64,000 bases of DNA from Pedobacter sp. (GTDB lineage: Bacteria > Desulfobacterota > Desulfuromonadia > Desulfuromonadales > Syntrophotaleaceae): NCBI GenBank assembly GCA_050253415.1, contig JBFWJC010000001.1, positions 320,001-384,000 of the forward strand, written 5' to 3'. Made by a program: the position numbers and the translations under genes. A model generated the notes under the pieces. It saw only the letters and a program-made list of their open reading frames with translations. It ran no database searches and was not told the origin of the DNA. Of the stretch, positions 37,783-48,692 are shown in pieces (position 1 is the stretch's first letter; the number at the start of each line of letters is the position of its first letter).

Positions 37783-38826
37783 ATGGATAAGGGCCACCAG
37801 GAGAACGATGCGCTGCATAAAGGTGCCGGAGGTATGAACGGTGAGGCCGGATCCTGCCGGGTGGGGCCGGAGTCCGACTCCGAAGTTGAATTGCTGGATG
37901 CCTATTCGCGGGCGGTCATCACGGTGGCGGAGGCGGTAGGTCCTGCCGTGGTTGGGGTGTTTGCCGGCAAGGGGATGCGGGGCGGCGCCGCCGAGCCCGC
38001 CGGTGCCGGCTCCGGAGTCATCATCGCGCCGGACGGTTATATCCTCACCAACGATCATGTGGTGCAGGCTGCAACGCACCTTACCGTGATCCTGCAGGAC
38101 GGCACCTGTCTGGAAGCGACCCGGGTCGGTGCCGATCCGGCCACCGACCTGGCGGTGCTGCGTGCCGAAGGATCCGGTTTGCCTTACGTCGGCATGGGGG
38201 AATCAAAGCATTTACGGGTCGGACAGCTGGTGATCGCCATCGGCAACCCCTTCGGTTTTTCATCCACGGTGTCCACCGGGGTGGTGAGTGCGCTCGGACG
38301 GGCCCTGCGCAGCCGTGAAGGGCGTTTGATCGAAAACATCATCCAACATACCGCGCCACTTAATCCGGGCAATTCGGGTGGCCCGCTGGTTGACGCCCAC
38401 GGTCTGCTGGTGGGGGTGAATACCGCGATTATTGCCCAGGCCCAGGGGATCGGATTTGCTATTCCGGCAGCTACCGCTCGCCTGGTGGTCGCAGAGTTGA
38501 TGATCCACGGCCGGGTGCGACGGGCTCACCTCGGTCTGGTCGGCCAGCCGCGCCCTCTGCCCCGTGCCCTGGCGCGCCGACTCCACCTGAAGGAAGCGGC
38601 CGCCGTTGAAGTGGCAGCGCTTGATCCGCACGGGCCAGCTGCCCGGGCCGGCCTTTGCAAGGGCGATCTGATCATCTTTCTTGGCGGTCAGCCTATCTCC
38701 AGCATCGACGATATCCACCATCTGCTGGCCGAGTGGACGATCGGCGAACCGCTGCCGGTGGTCATCCTGCGCGGCGATGAGCAAAGAGATTTCCAGTTGG
38801 TGCCGATGGACGCTTCCGGAACCTGA
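37783..38826 (+). CDS. HtrA/DegP-like trypsin serine protease with a PDZ domain
   Basis: Motifs GSGVII, LTNDHV, DLAVL, NPGNSGGPL. Confidence 0.93.
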   Translation: MDKGHQENDALHKGAGGMNGEAGSCRVGPESDSEVELLDAYSRAVITVAEAVGPAVVGVFAGKGMRGGAAEPAGAGSGVIIAPDGYILTNDHVVQAATHLTVILQDGTCLEATRVGADPATDLAVLRAEGSGLPYVGMGESKHLRVGQLVIAIGNPFGFSSTVSTGVVSALGRALRSREGRLIENIIQHTAPLNPGNSGGPLVDAHGLLVGVNTAIIAQAQGIGFAIPAATARLVVAELMIHGRVRRAHLGLVGQPRPLPRALARRLHLKEAAAVEVAALDPHGPAARAGLCKGDLIIFLGGQPISSIDDIHHLLAEWTIGEPLPVVILRGDEQRDFQLVPMDASGT

Positions 38827-38910
38827 CACTTATTCCACAACGAGGCATGTGCCATATCCCCACCCCGATCTTTTCCGGTTGCTTATGTATCGGCTATTGC
38901 AGAGCTGCGC

Positions 38911-39182
38911 TCAGACGCGCTGGGCCTGCTCCAGGTCATAGCTGCGGACCACCAGCACGGGGATGGTCAGGTCATGCCGCACGGCCGTTACGGTCTGGCC
39001 GAATACCAGGTCGTCCAGTCCGCGATGCCGCCCCAGTCCGGTTTGACAAGGTAAACCTCGCTGACGAGGTAGGCCTGGCCCACAAATGCCAGCAGCCTGC
39101 GATATCAGCCTCTTTTTTTGACCACGATTTTTGGGCCGTAATCGTCGTTGTGGTTCGGGCCGTTGGAGGAGAGGTTGTCCAT
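38911..39182 (-). pseudogene. mntH: Collapsed Nramp/MntH (plus USP domain) pseudogene
   Basis: Three joined fragments: KRG*YRRLLAFVGQAYLVS, EVYLVKPDWGGIA, and after a frameshift GLDDLVFGQTVTAVRHDLTIPVLVVR. Confidence 0.7.
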
Positions 39183-39400
39183 GGGGATTCACCCTGATTG
39201 GGGCGAGGAGAGTTATAGTTTGAAGGTGTAGATCCGGCTTGCACGGAAAACATCTGTAAAAAATACTATAGAAATTTGCCAAATCAGCAGAAATGATGAA
39301 TTGATAGACGTTTTACGAAACACCGGGAAGCAACTCAACTGGGCGAAACCTGCAGGAAGGGGCCTGGTTAACAAACTGCCGTTATCCTCCGGAGAAACTT

Positions 39401-39853
39401 ATGTCTGCATGTCATGACTCTTTTTGGAGCTGTATGCCAGGGCACATCAGGGACCGCTTGGTCTGGAGTTTATGGTTCATTACGTGGCTCGGTTTGCTGG
39501 CGGGGTTGTTTTATCGGATTTTCTATGATTATGTGGTTTTTCTTTCCGCCATTCACGCCTTGTGCTTTATATTTCTGCTTCGGTTTCAGGTAACAGCATT
39601 CCCGGTCCAAGTCAGGATCGCGTATTTTGTCTGGGTCGCCGTCGGGACCTATGTCCCCCATATGACCATTCTGTTGTACATCACTACGGTAGGACTGGCG
39701 ACCAACCTTTTCCTCGGTTATTGTCCGTTGGCGCGGATGCTGTATCTTTTGCCCTGGAATCGGGAGGAGCCCTTATCTATTGGACTTTTGGCACGGGTCT
39801 TTTTTACTCCGCCTGTTGCCGGTCGATTCAAGCCGCGTCCCTTAAAAGAATAA
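39401..39853 (+). CDS. Hypothetical membrane protein
   Basis: GGAG RBS, hydrophobic segments, GYCPLARMLYLLPWNR. Confidence 0.7.
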   Translation: MSACHDSFWSCMPGHIRDRLVWSLWFITWLGLLAGLFYRIFYDYVVFLSAIHALCFIFLLRFQVTAFPVQVRIAYFVWVAVGTYVPHMTILLYITTVGLATNLFLGYCPLARMLYLLPWNREEPLSIGLLARVFFTPPVAGRFKPRPLKE

Positions 39854-39905
39854 GGAGAGGCGATGCAAAAAAGATTTTCATGGTATCGTTTGCTGCAGGG
39901 AATGC

Positions 39906-40640
39906 ATGAAATATACAAAGGACAGGGCCTATCTTATGACCTCCCGGGCAATAACCGAACATCTGCAGCATTTGGCCGATCCTCAGACAGCCGATCAGTC
40001 CCGCCGGTTTTTCAAGACCGCCAAGGGTCAATACGGGTACGGAGACATTTTTCTGGGGATCAAGGTGCCAGTAGTGCGCCAAGCGGTAAAGAAGTACAAA
40101 AATGTGCCGTCAGGTGTGGCCTTCGAGCTGCTGAAATCCGCTTTCCACGAGGTCCGGTTATTCGCCCTGCTGCTGATGGTGGAGCGTTTTTCCCAAGGGA
40201 GCGCCGGGGAGCGGGAGGATATCTATCATGCCTACCTGGCCCATACCCGGTATATCAATAATTGGGATCTGGTGGACAGTTCCGCCTATCACATTGTCGG
40301 CGCTTACCTGGAAAACCGCGATACATCGGTGTTGGATGAGCTGGCCAGGTCCGATTCGCTCTGGGAACGGCGCATAGCCATCATCGCGACGTTTTGTTTC
40401 ATCAAGAAAAACCGGTTTGGCGAAACTTTGCGTATGGCAGAGCAATTGATTGGTGATCGGGAAGACCTGATCCACAAGGCCGTAGGCTGGATGCTGCGCG
40501 AGGTGGGAAAACGCGACCTGAATGCGGAAGTATGCTTTTTAAAGGCGCATTGCCGGAGCATGCCACGGACCATGCTCCGGTATGCCATCGAGAAATTCAG
40601 CCCACAAGATCGACGGAAATATCTGAACGGGGAGATATGA
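39906..40640 (+). CDS. DNA alkylation repair protein (AlkD-like)
   Basis: Motifs NNWDLVD, LWERR, DLIHKAVGWMLRE, MPRTMLRYAIEK. Confidence 0.9.
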   Translation: MKYTKDRAYLMTSRAITEHLQHLADPQTADQSRRFFKTAKGQYGYGDIFLGIKVPVVRQAVKKYKNVPSGVAFELLKSAFHEVRLFALLLMVERFSQGSAGEREDIYHAYLAHTRYINNWDLVDSSAYHIVGAYLENRDTSVLDELARSDSLWERRIAIIATFCFIKKNRFGETLRMAEQLIGDREDLIHKAVGWMLREVGKRDLNAEVCFLKAHCRSMPRTMLRYAIEKFSPQDRRKYLNGEI

Positions 40641-40754
40641 TGACCTGCTTCTCTGATTCCAAAGTCGCCACTGGTCCCGCCCCATTATCTCGACACTCTA
40701 CTTTTTGAGCTTACCCATAACTTGGACAGGGCCTGACGGATATGTGCCCTTTTC

Positions 40755-42158
40755 TCAACCTAGATAATCCCCTATCCTTTTGCTCCCAGACTTACCGTCA
40801 CCCATGGCCAGTATGACCGTTGCGCCACCGCGAACGATGTCCCCCCCTGCGAAGACGCCGGGCAGATTGGTGGCACTGTTTTCATCGGTTTCAATGTTAC
40901 CCCATTTATTCAGTTTCAACTCCGGAGCGGTCGTGGTCAGCAAAGGATTGGCGCGGGTTCCGATGGCGTTGACCACCACATCGACTTCCAGAACGAAGGT
41001 GTCGTCCTCGATGGGCACCGGCCGACGGCGCCCGGAGGCATCGGGTTCTCCGAGTTCCATGCGCTGGCAGAGCAGGCCTTTGACCCAGCCGTTTTCATCC
41101 CCGAGGATTTCCAGGGGGGCCGCCAGCAAAATAAATTCGATCCCTTCTTCCTTGGCATGATGGCTTTCTTCGATCCGTGCCGGCATTTCCTTCTCGGTGC
41201 GCCGGTAAAGGATGATGGAGCGCTCCGCGCCCAGCCGTCGGGAGGTGCGTACAGCGTCCATGGCGGTGTTGCCGCCGCCGATGACCGCGACCCGTTTGCC
41301 GCGGATGATCGGCGTAGGCACATCATCACGCCAGGCGGCCATCAGGTTGACCCGGGTCAGATATTCGTTGGCGGAGTAGACGCCCTTGAGATTTTCGCCA
41401 TCGATGTTCAACATGACCGGTAATCCGGCGCCGTTACCGATAAAGACGGCGTTGAACTCCTCCCGCAGTTCATCGAGGGTCACCGTTTTGCCGACCACCA
41501 CATTGCACTCGATCTCAACGCCGAGATCTTTGAGTCGCTCTACCTCGATATCGACGATACACTTTGGCAGGCGAAATTCGGGGATGCCATAGCGCAACAC
41601 GCCGCCGGTATCATGCAGGGCCTCGAAAAGGGTCACGGCGTGCCCCTTGCGGGCCAATTCGCCGGCCATGGTGAGTCCGGCGGGACCCGATCCGACAATG
41701 GCGACTTTGTGTCCGGTGGGTGACGGCCGTTCTTCTCTGTGCAGTTTGTCGGGGTGCGCCAAGGCCCAGTCGGCAACAAACCTTTCCAGGTACCCGATGG
41801 CCACCGGGGCACCTTTGGAACCGCGCACGCAGACCTGCTCGCATTGGGTCTCCTGGGGGCAGACCCGGCCACATACGGCCGGCAGGGTGTTGTCAGCCAG
41901 CAGGATACGTGCGGCTTCGGGCAGGTCACCCGCGGCCAGGGCGGCGATAAATTCCGGGATGCGCACCCGCACCGGACAGCCGGCGACACAGGGACGGGAT
42001 TTACACAGCAGGCAACGCTGGGCTTCGCGCATGGCCAGTTCTTCGGTGAGCCCCCGGTTGACTTCCTCGAAGTTGCCAATACGGCGGCCGGGGTCCTGTT
42101 CGGGCATTTTTACCCGTTCAATAGCCATGCGTTCCTTGGGAGTCAGATCTTTTTTCAT
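40755..42158 (-). CDS. GltD-like FAD/Fe-S oxidoreductase, probable NfnB (large subunit)
   Basis: Motifs RCLLC...CVAGCP, CGRVCPQETQCE, GSGPAG, GGGNTAMD, GGDIVRG. Confidence 0.88.
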   Translation of the reverse strand: MKKDLTPKERMAIERVKMPEQDPGRRIGNFEEVNRGLTEELAMREAQRCLLCKSRPCVAGCPVRVRIPEFIAALAAGDLPEAARILLADNTLPAVCGRVCPQETQCEQVCVRGSKGAPVAIGYLERFVADWALAHPDKLHREERPSPTGHKVAIVGSGPAGLTMAGELARKGHAVTLFEALHDTGGVLRYGIPEFRLPKCIVDIEVERLKDLGVEIECNVVVGKTVTLDELREEFNAVFIGNGAGLPVMLNIDGENLKGVYSANEYLTRVNLMAAWRDDVPTPIIRGKRVAVIGGGNTAMDAVRTSRRLGAERSIILYRRTEKEMPARIEESHHAKEEGIEFILLAAPLEILGDENGWVKGLLCQRMELGEPDASGRRRPVPIEDDTFVLEVDVVVNAIGTRANPLLTTTAPELKLNKWGNIETDENSATNLPGVFAGGDIVRGGATVILAMGDGKSGSKRIGDYLG

Positions 42159-42166
42159 GATGTATA

Positions 42167-43024
42167 TTATCGTTTCACTTTGATGATTTTTTCACGCAAT
42201 TCTTCGGGTAGCTCGGAAAGGATTTTGGCCTCGGTTTCCCGGTACATGGACAGCCGATCAATCAGTAGCCCGAAGTCGACCAGGTGGCCGTCGAACTCCG
42301 GTCCGTCGACGCAGGCGAATTTGGTTTCGTCGCCGACCTTGACGCGACAGCCACCGCACATCCCGGTGCCATCGATCATGATGGGGTTGAGGCTGACAAT
42401 GGTTTTGATCCCGTACGGACGGGTAAGTTCGGCCACGGCCCGCATCATGGGAACGGGGCCGATAGCAAAAACCGCTGCCGGCCGTTTGTCCGGATCATCG
42501 ATCAATTCTTGCAGGGCATGGGTTACGAATCCCTTTCGCCCGAGGCTGCCGTCTTCGGTAGCGATGAGAACCGTATCGGAAAAGGCAGACAGTTCATCGG
42601 CCAAGATGATGAAGGGCTTGGATCTTCCTCCGATAATGGTGGTCACTTCATTGCCCGCTTCCGCCAGAGCCTTGGCCAGGGGATACAAAACCGCGGTTCC
42701 GAGCCCTCCACCCACGCAGGCGATGCGCCCCCATATGTCAATTTCGGTTGCTTTCCCGAGGGGGCCGGCGATATCGCGTAGGGAACCGCCGACGGGAGTG
42801 TTGACGATTTTAAGGGTCGAGGTGCCGACGGCCTGAATGAACAGGGTGATGGTGCCGGCCTGCGGGTCGGCATTACCGATGGTCAAGGGGATGCGTTCAC
42901 CACCTGCTTCGGGATGTACTATGACAAACTGGCCCGGTTGCCGGGCTTTGGCAATGCGCGGAGCGCGGATGACCATGCGGTGCACATTGGGAGCCAGTGT
43001 GACGTTTTGCAGAACTTCAAACAT
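42167..43024 (-). CDS. FAD/NAD-binding 2Fe-2S subunit, probable NfnA (SudB/PyrK-like)
   Basis: Motifs PGQFV, ERIPLTI, GPLG, MIDGTGMCGGCRV, ACVDGPEF. Confidence 0.9.
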   Translation of the reverse strand: MFEVLQNVTLAPNVHRMVIRAPRIAKARQPGQFVIVHPEAGGERIPLTIGNADPQAGTITLFIQAVGTSTLKIVNTPVGGSLRDIAGPLGKATEIDIWGRIACVGGGLGTAVLYPLAKALAEAGNEVTTIIGGRSKPFIILADELSAFSDTVLIATEDGSLGRKGFVTHALQELIDDPDKRPAAVFAIGPVPMMRAVAELTRPYGIKTIVSLNPIMIDGTGMCGGCRVKVGDETKFACVDGPEFDGHLVDFGLLIDRLSMYRETEAKILSELPEELREKIIKVKR

Positions 43025-43428
43025 GTTCTCTCCATCAGATTAAAAACGGGGAGTGACCGAGAACTTCGAAGCAGGAATACCTATCTGTCTTGCACTACCA
43101 GGCTCTCAATCTTCTCAGTAACGGGGGCTTTTTCGTACCTTAGCCCCTGAATAGATCAATTCCTTTCGGTATTTAATCGATATATCGCAGAGATCCTTTC
43201 CCGGTGCGTCCCGCCCGAAAAAGCAGTTTTCCGGCGCAGGGTGCCCCGCGATGATCGCGTACATTGCAGGGGGTATCATCTGGGCCGGATCGGATAATAA
43301 GCATGAGAGCATCATAGCGTGGCTGATATCCCGACAGCGCATGCGGTTTCTTCGGGATTTCATGGCGGCATCGCTCCACCGAACTTTGTTGGGTGGAGCG
43401 ATGCCGTTTTTCATCAGGGGTTTCCCCG

Positions 43429-44835
<1,407 letters not shown>

Positions 44836-45570
44836 TTAGGCAGAGGAATGATAGTTTAAGTTTGAATAGGATGTCCAGAGAAAAACAAAGGCAAGATGAG
44901 CTATTATGCAAAAAAAATAAACACGAAATGCTCAAAAAATAATCGCGAAATATCGGAGTGCAAGATTTGTCGGTTCAGGAGGGAAATTCTCGCATCGGCG
45001 AGAGGGCAAAGAATTTTGCAACGGATCTATCTGCCAAAAGAAGGTTGTGTGACATGTCCAGTCACAATCTAGAAGGAATATTTTCACTCGAAAAAGAGGA
45101 TTTACATGGATCTCAATCCGTTTCGCAAAGAGTTTCCGAATGGGAGGGTGCATGCATATGGATACAGTTGGCTGGCCTCATAGCCGGAACAGTTCTCACC
45201 GTGGTTACCTGCAGTTTCCGTTGTTGTCACGAACATCTGCCCGTCCCGGATTGACTTATGGCCGCGTCTTTAAAGGGCAACTCGGGGTGACAACCAAGAC
45301 GTCCATGCGCGGGGCCAGGTTGCCGTTTTGACGCTGGCTACGAGCCATGGTATTTCATGGGCAACTCCACCAAGGGAGTATCTTCGATCTTCTCGGCCAA
45401 GTGACCTGGGGACAATCAGCAGGTCGCCCTGGAAAATCGGCCATGGCATCCGGGCCATAATTGCAGCTCATGCAGTTTCTTTGGAATGTTATGGCGGCAG
45501 CGCTTCGCCTGATTTTCATGGTGGATAGATTCGATAATAAGTCCGAATGCGGTTGGTTTCCCTCTGAAAA

Positions 45571-48153
45571 TCAGCAAAAACAGACGACCTGCTGGGCTAA
45601 AACATCCGACATCAATTGGAGCTTACCTTCATCCAGGAACACGACCTTTACAATATCTTTAAATCGGGCAGCCGATGGCTCAAAATCATCCAACTGATTA
45701 GCGAATTTGTCGAGGAATCCGGGATTGAAGGTACAATGGCTATCTTCCGGGAACAATGCCAGGTAGAAAATTTCGGTTTCTACTAAATCCTGAAAAAAAT
45801 GGCTTCCGAACGAAAGTTCCGGCATCAACCCGCCGGCAGGAAAAGCAACTTCGGCCAAGATGGATACATTGTTGATTTCGGAAAATCCTACGGGTATGCC
45901 CAATGAAGGCGTCGTTGTCCCCCAGCGACCCGGCCCCATAAGCAATGTAGGCATATTCTGTTGATTACATATCTTTTTATTGAGCCGCCCTACGATACGG
46001 GCAATTTCATATTTGTCGGTCAGCGGCAAAAGACAGTAACCTGCCGGTTCCACCCAAATGATGCACCGGACAGGCTGAACGACATTGCCCCCCATGAAAT
46101 GACCTTCCGATTGAAAAAGAACCCGGTCGTCGGTTAAGTCTTGCGGAATCTGAACGCCTTTTTCGAAACCGCGCGTCTGCAGAGGGCGGCACTGAACCAG
46201 ATTGATCTTCGGTGCATCATCAAGGGGAAAATTAACGGTAAACTCTATATCAACCGGATATTTATAATGATTTTCCAAAGTTTTAAGCATGCGTTGCATC
46301 AGTTTTGCAAAACCTGATTCGGAAAGCAGCTTTTCAAAAGTCAGCAACCAGGCTTCACGGCTTTTGAGACCACGCTCTTCGAGCCTTTGCATGGCTTCAC
46401 GGTCCGGCACGGCATAACGGGTTAGGTCGAAATGGAGACTATGGCAAGCCAGATTAGACAGAGAGATTGTTTCGGGAGCATTTTTTGTTACGTTTAGCAC
46501 ATCGACATCCCTCTGGGAAAAACGCCGTAAATCGGCTGAGTTTTTCAGAGGAACCTTGCAGGGCAGATCCAACGCTACGATTCGCGGATAGTCGTTTTCG
46601 GCGCGGTCGACGGCGCGGGTTCCCAACCCGAGAACCAGACGCAGCATGCCCGCCGCCGGGTCCATATCCCTGTCCCAGACAAAGGCGTTGTAGGATGCGC
46701 CCACCCCGGCCAGCTCCGGAAAGTAGAAATGGTCATGGTATGCCCCGGAAACCCTCTGCACAAGCAAAGCCATCTGCTCCTGATAGTTATCCAACCCCCG
46801 CTGTCGTCGGTAAGTCAGGGCATCTTCGCTCATAGTACTTGCGAAAACCCGACGCACCGCATCTTCGAACTGTTCATATCGCTGTTCCGGCGATCCCTGG
46901 TTAACGCGGAAGAAACTTTCGTATTTGCCTGCGAAGGCATTACCAAAGCTATCCTCAAGAAGGCTACTGGAACGCACGATTATCGGATACTGCCCAAAGT
47001 GTTCCAACATTTCCTGAAACTTATTACGTACATCGGGAGGAAAAGTCCCGTGGAGAAATTTTTCGTAGAGATCCGGTGCGCATTTAAAGTAGCCGTCTGG
47101 CGTTTTTTGCTCCATCAACAGCTTCCACCAGCCATTATGGACAACATAGGAAAAATAGAGATCTGACGCGATATAAAAAGAATCGTGCGGTTCGAGATAG
47201 TGCTGCCAATCAAAGGAGAAATCCCTGAGGAGCATATTTCGAGCCAGCAACATGCCGACGGACTTACCGCCGATATAGCCGGTGCCAATAGTGCGGGACT
47301 TGATTTCTAAAAGGTCTTCCAGTGAAAAATATTTCCGGGTAAGGGAAAGCATACGATCATCATGGCCTATCATGATCCGGCAAAGCTGATCGACCATTTC
47401 GTATTGTTCGCTTTCAGCCGTTGGAACACTGGCCAACCCTTCAGCCTTAAGAAATAAACGATCCCAATAATCTAAATGCCGTTGTGCATTTTCTGTCTGA
47501 CGCTGGTATATCCGGGTAAGATTTGTAGCATCATAGCTATTCGCGATGGGGATAAAGCTTTCGTCCTTTTTGACATGGGGAAGGAACATGGTTGGCGAAT
47601 GCCGTTGCCAGACCTTAATGGGATGAACGTGAATATTGCCGTTGTGCGGATAGATATCCAACAGCACCTGCGTAGTGTTCTGGATTTGGGCAATCGTTTT
47701 GAAAGAGTGACTGCTACGAATGAGGGCGAAGTAGGCCACGGTATTCAATTCGAACAGGTAGGGGCAGGTTACCTGGAAAAAATTGCCGATCATGCCATCG
47801 GTAGCCCAGGCCAGAAGCAAATCCGACAGACAATCAAACACGTAAAAAACATCCGGCCCCGTTTCCGTAAGTAAATTGTATACCTTGGCAGAAAAAGACT
47901 CGAACCCCCGGTAAGCATCTAATTCATGAACTGTAATCCCATCTTCCGGTTTAAGCAACGGCGGGTGCTGGGCGAACCGCATGTAGACGATCTCACGTCC
48001 TTCATCCAGCGATTGTTTCGCAAAGCGTTGGACGAAATACTGATAGTCCAAAACACTATCGACACGCCAGACAACATTGTCACCGATCCGCAAATTGTTC
48101 AGAATATCATCCAACCCAAAAAAACCTGTTGAGGCATGCGATGGCATGTTCAT
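45571..48153 (-). CDS. PEP/pyruvate-binding (PPDK_N ATP-grasp) domain protein of unknown function
   Basis: Motifs IGGKS, IVRSSSLLED, FAGKYES, VLGLGT, DIEF, QCRP. No C-terminal PEP/pyruvate barrel. Confidence 0.85.
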   Translation of the reverse strand: MNMPSHASTGFFGLDDILNNLRIGDNVVWRVDSVLDYQYFVQRFAKQSLDEGREIVYMRFAQHPPLLKPEDGITVHELDAYRGFESFSAKVYNLLTETGPDVFYVFDCLSDLLLAWATDGMIGNFFQVTCPYLFELNTVAYFALIRSSHSFKTIAQIQNTTQVLLDIYPHNGNIHVHPIKVWQRHSPTMFLPHVKKDESFIPIANSYDATNLTRIYQRQTENAQRHLDYWDRLFLKAEGLASVPTAESEQYEMVDQLCRIMIGHDDRMLSLTRKYFSLEDLLEIKSRTIGTGYIGGKSVGMLLARNMLLRDFSFDWQHYLEPHDSFYIASDLYFSYVVHNGWWKLLMEQKTPDGYFKCAPDLYEKFLHGTFPPDVRNKFQEMLEHFGQYPIIVRSSSLLEDSFGNAFAGKYESFFRVNQGSPEQRYEQFEDAVRRVFASTMSEDALTYRRQRGLDNYQEQMALLVQRVSGAYHDHFYFPELAGVGASYNAFVWDRDMDPAAGMLRLVLGLGTRAVDRAENDYPRIVALDLPCKVPLKNSADLRRFSQRDVDVLNVTKNAPETISLSNLACHSLHFDLTRYAVPDREAMQRLEERGLKSREAWLLTFEKLLSESGFAKLMQRMLKTLENHYKYPVDIEFTVNFPLDDAPKINLVQCRPLQTRGFEKGVQIPQDLTDDRVLFQSEGHFMGGNVVQPVRCIIWVEPAGYCLLPLTDKYEIARIVGRLNKKICNQQNMPTLLMGPGRWGTTTPSLGIPVGFSEINNVSILAEVAFPAGGLMPELSFGSHFFQDLVETEIFYLALFPEDSHCTFNPGFLDKFANQLDDFEPSAARFKDIVKVVFLDEGKLQLMSDVLAQQVVCFC

Positions 48154-48692
48154 GCGGCTACCTTTGTATTAAAGCGCTATACCTGATTAATAAACTCGGA
48201 TTGCCCGACAAGATTGCCAGCCCACTCTTTTTCGATAGTATCACAGGAAAAACAACCTTTTTGCAGCGTAAGGCGCAAGTTCGAAATCTCATCGCCGTAA
48301 AGATTGCCGGTCCGGACCTATACTTTTCAAGGGACGCCATCTGCAGATCAACCGGTCAATGCAACACGCTCCCGCAGTTTTTCAGCAGGGGTATGAAAGC
48401 CTTAAGTTTTCTCGGTCTCTGATTTAAAAGCATTGCCACCATCCTCAAATCCTCCTGAGAGTGATCCGAGAGATCTGATTTCTTCAGAAAGTATCACCGT
48501 AGTAAGCGAAATCTATTCTTCAGCAAGTCATCGGTTGTATTTGCCAGATGAATCCGCCAAATAAAAAACCTGCCAAATCAGTGCAAAAGATTGACAGCTT
48601 TTTGGGGTTCCGACAAGTTGTAGACATTGTGCAAATAATCGAATTTAAACGGTATATAGATAAATTTGCGACTGCCTGTAAAAGGTGAAAAC

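Noticed and set aside
39105..39107. Selenocysteine read-through at the in-frame TGA of the mntH remnant
   Set aside because: The position fits a Trp codon mutated to stop, and the gene is also deleted and frameshifted.
40755..42158. Glutamate synthase small subunit (gltD)
   Set aside because: There is no gltB nearby and the gene is coupled to an NfnA-like gene.
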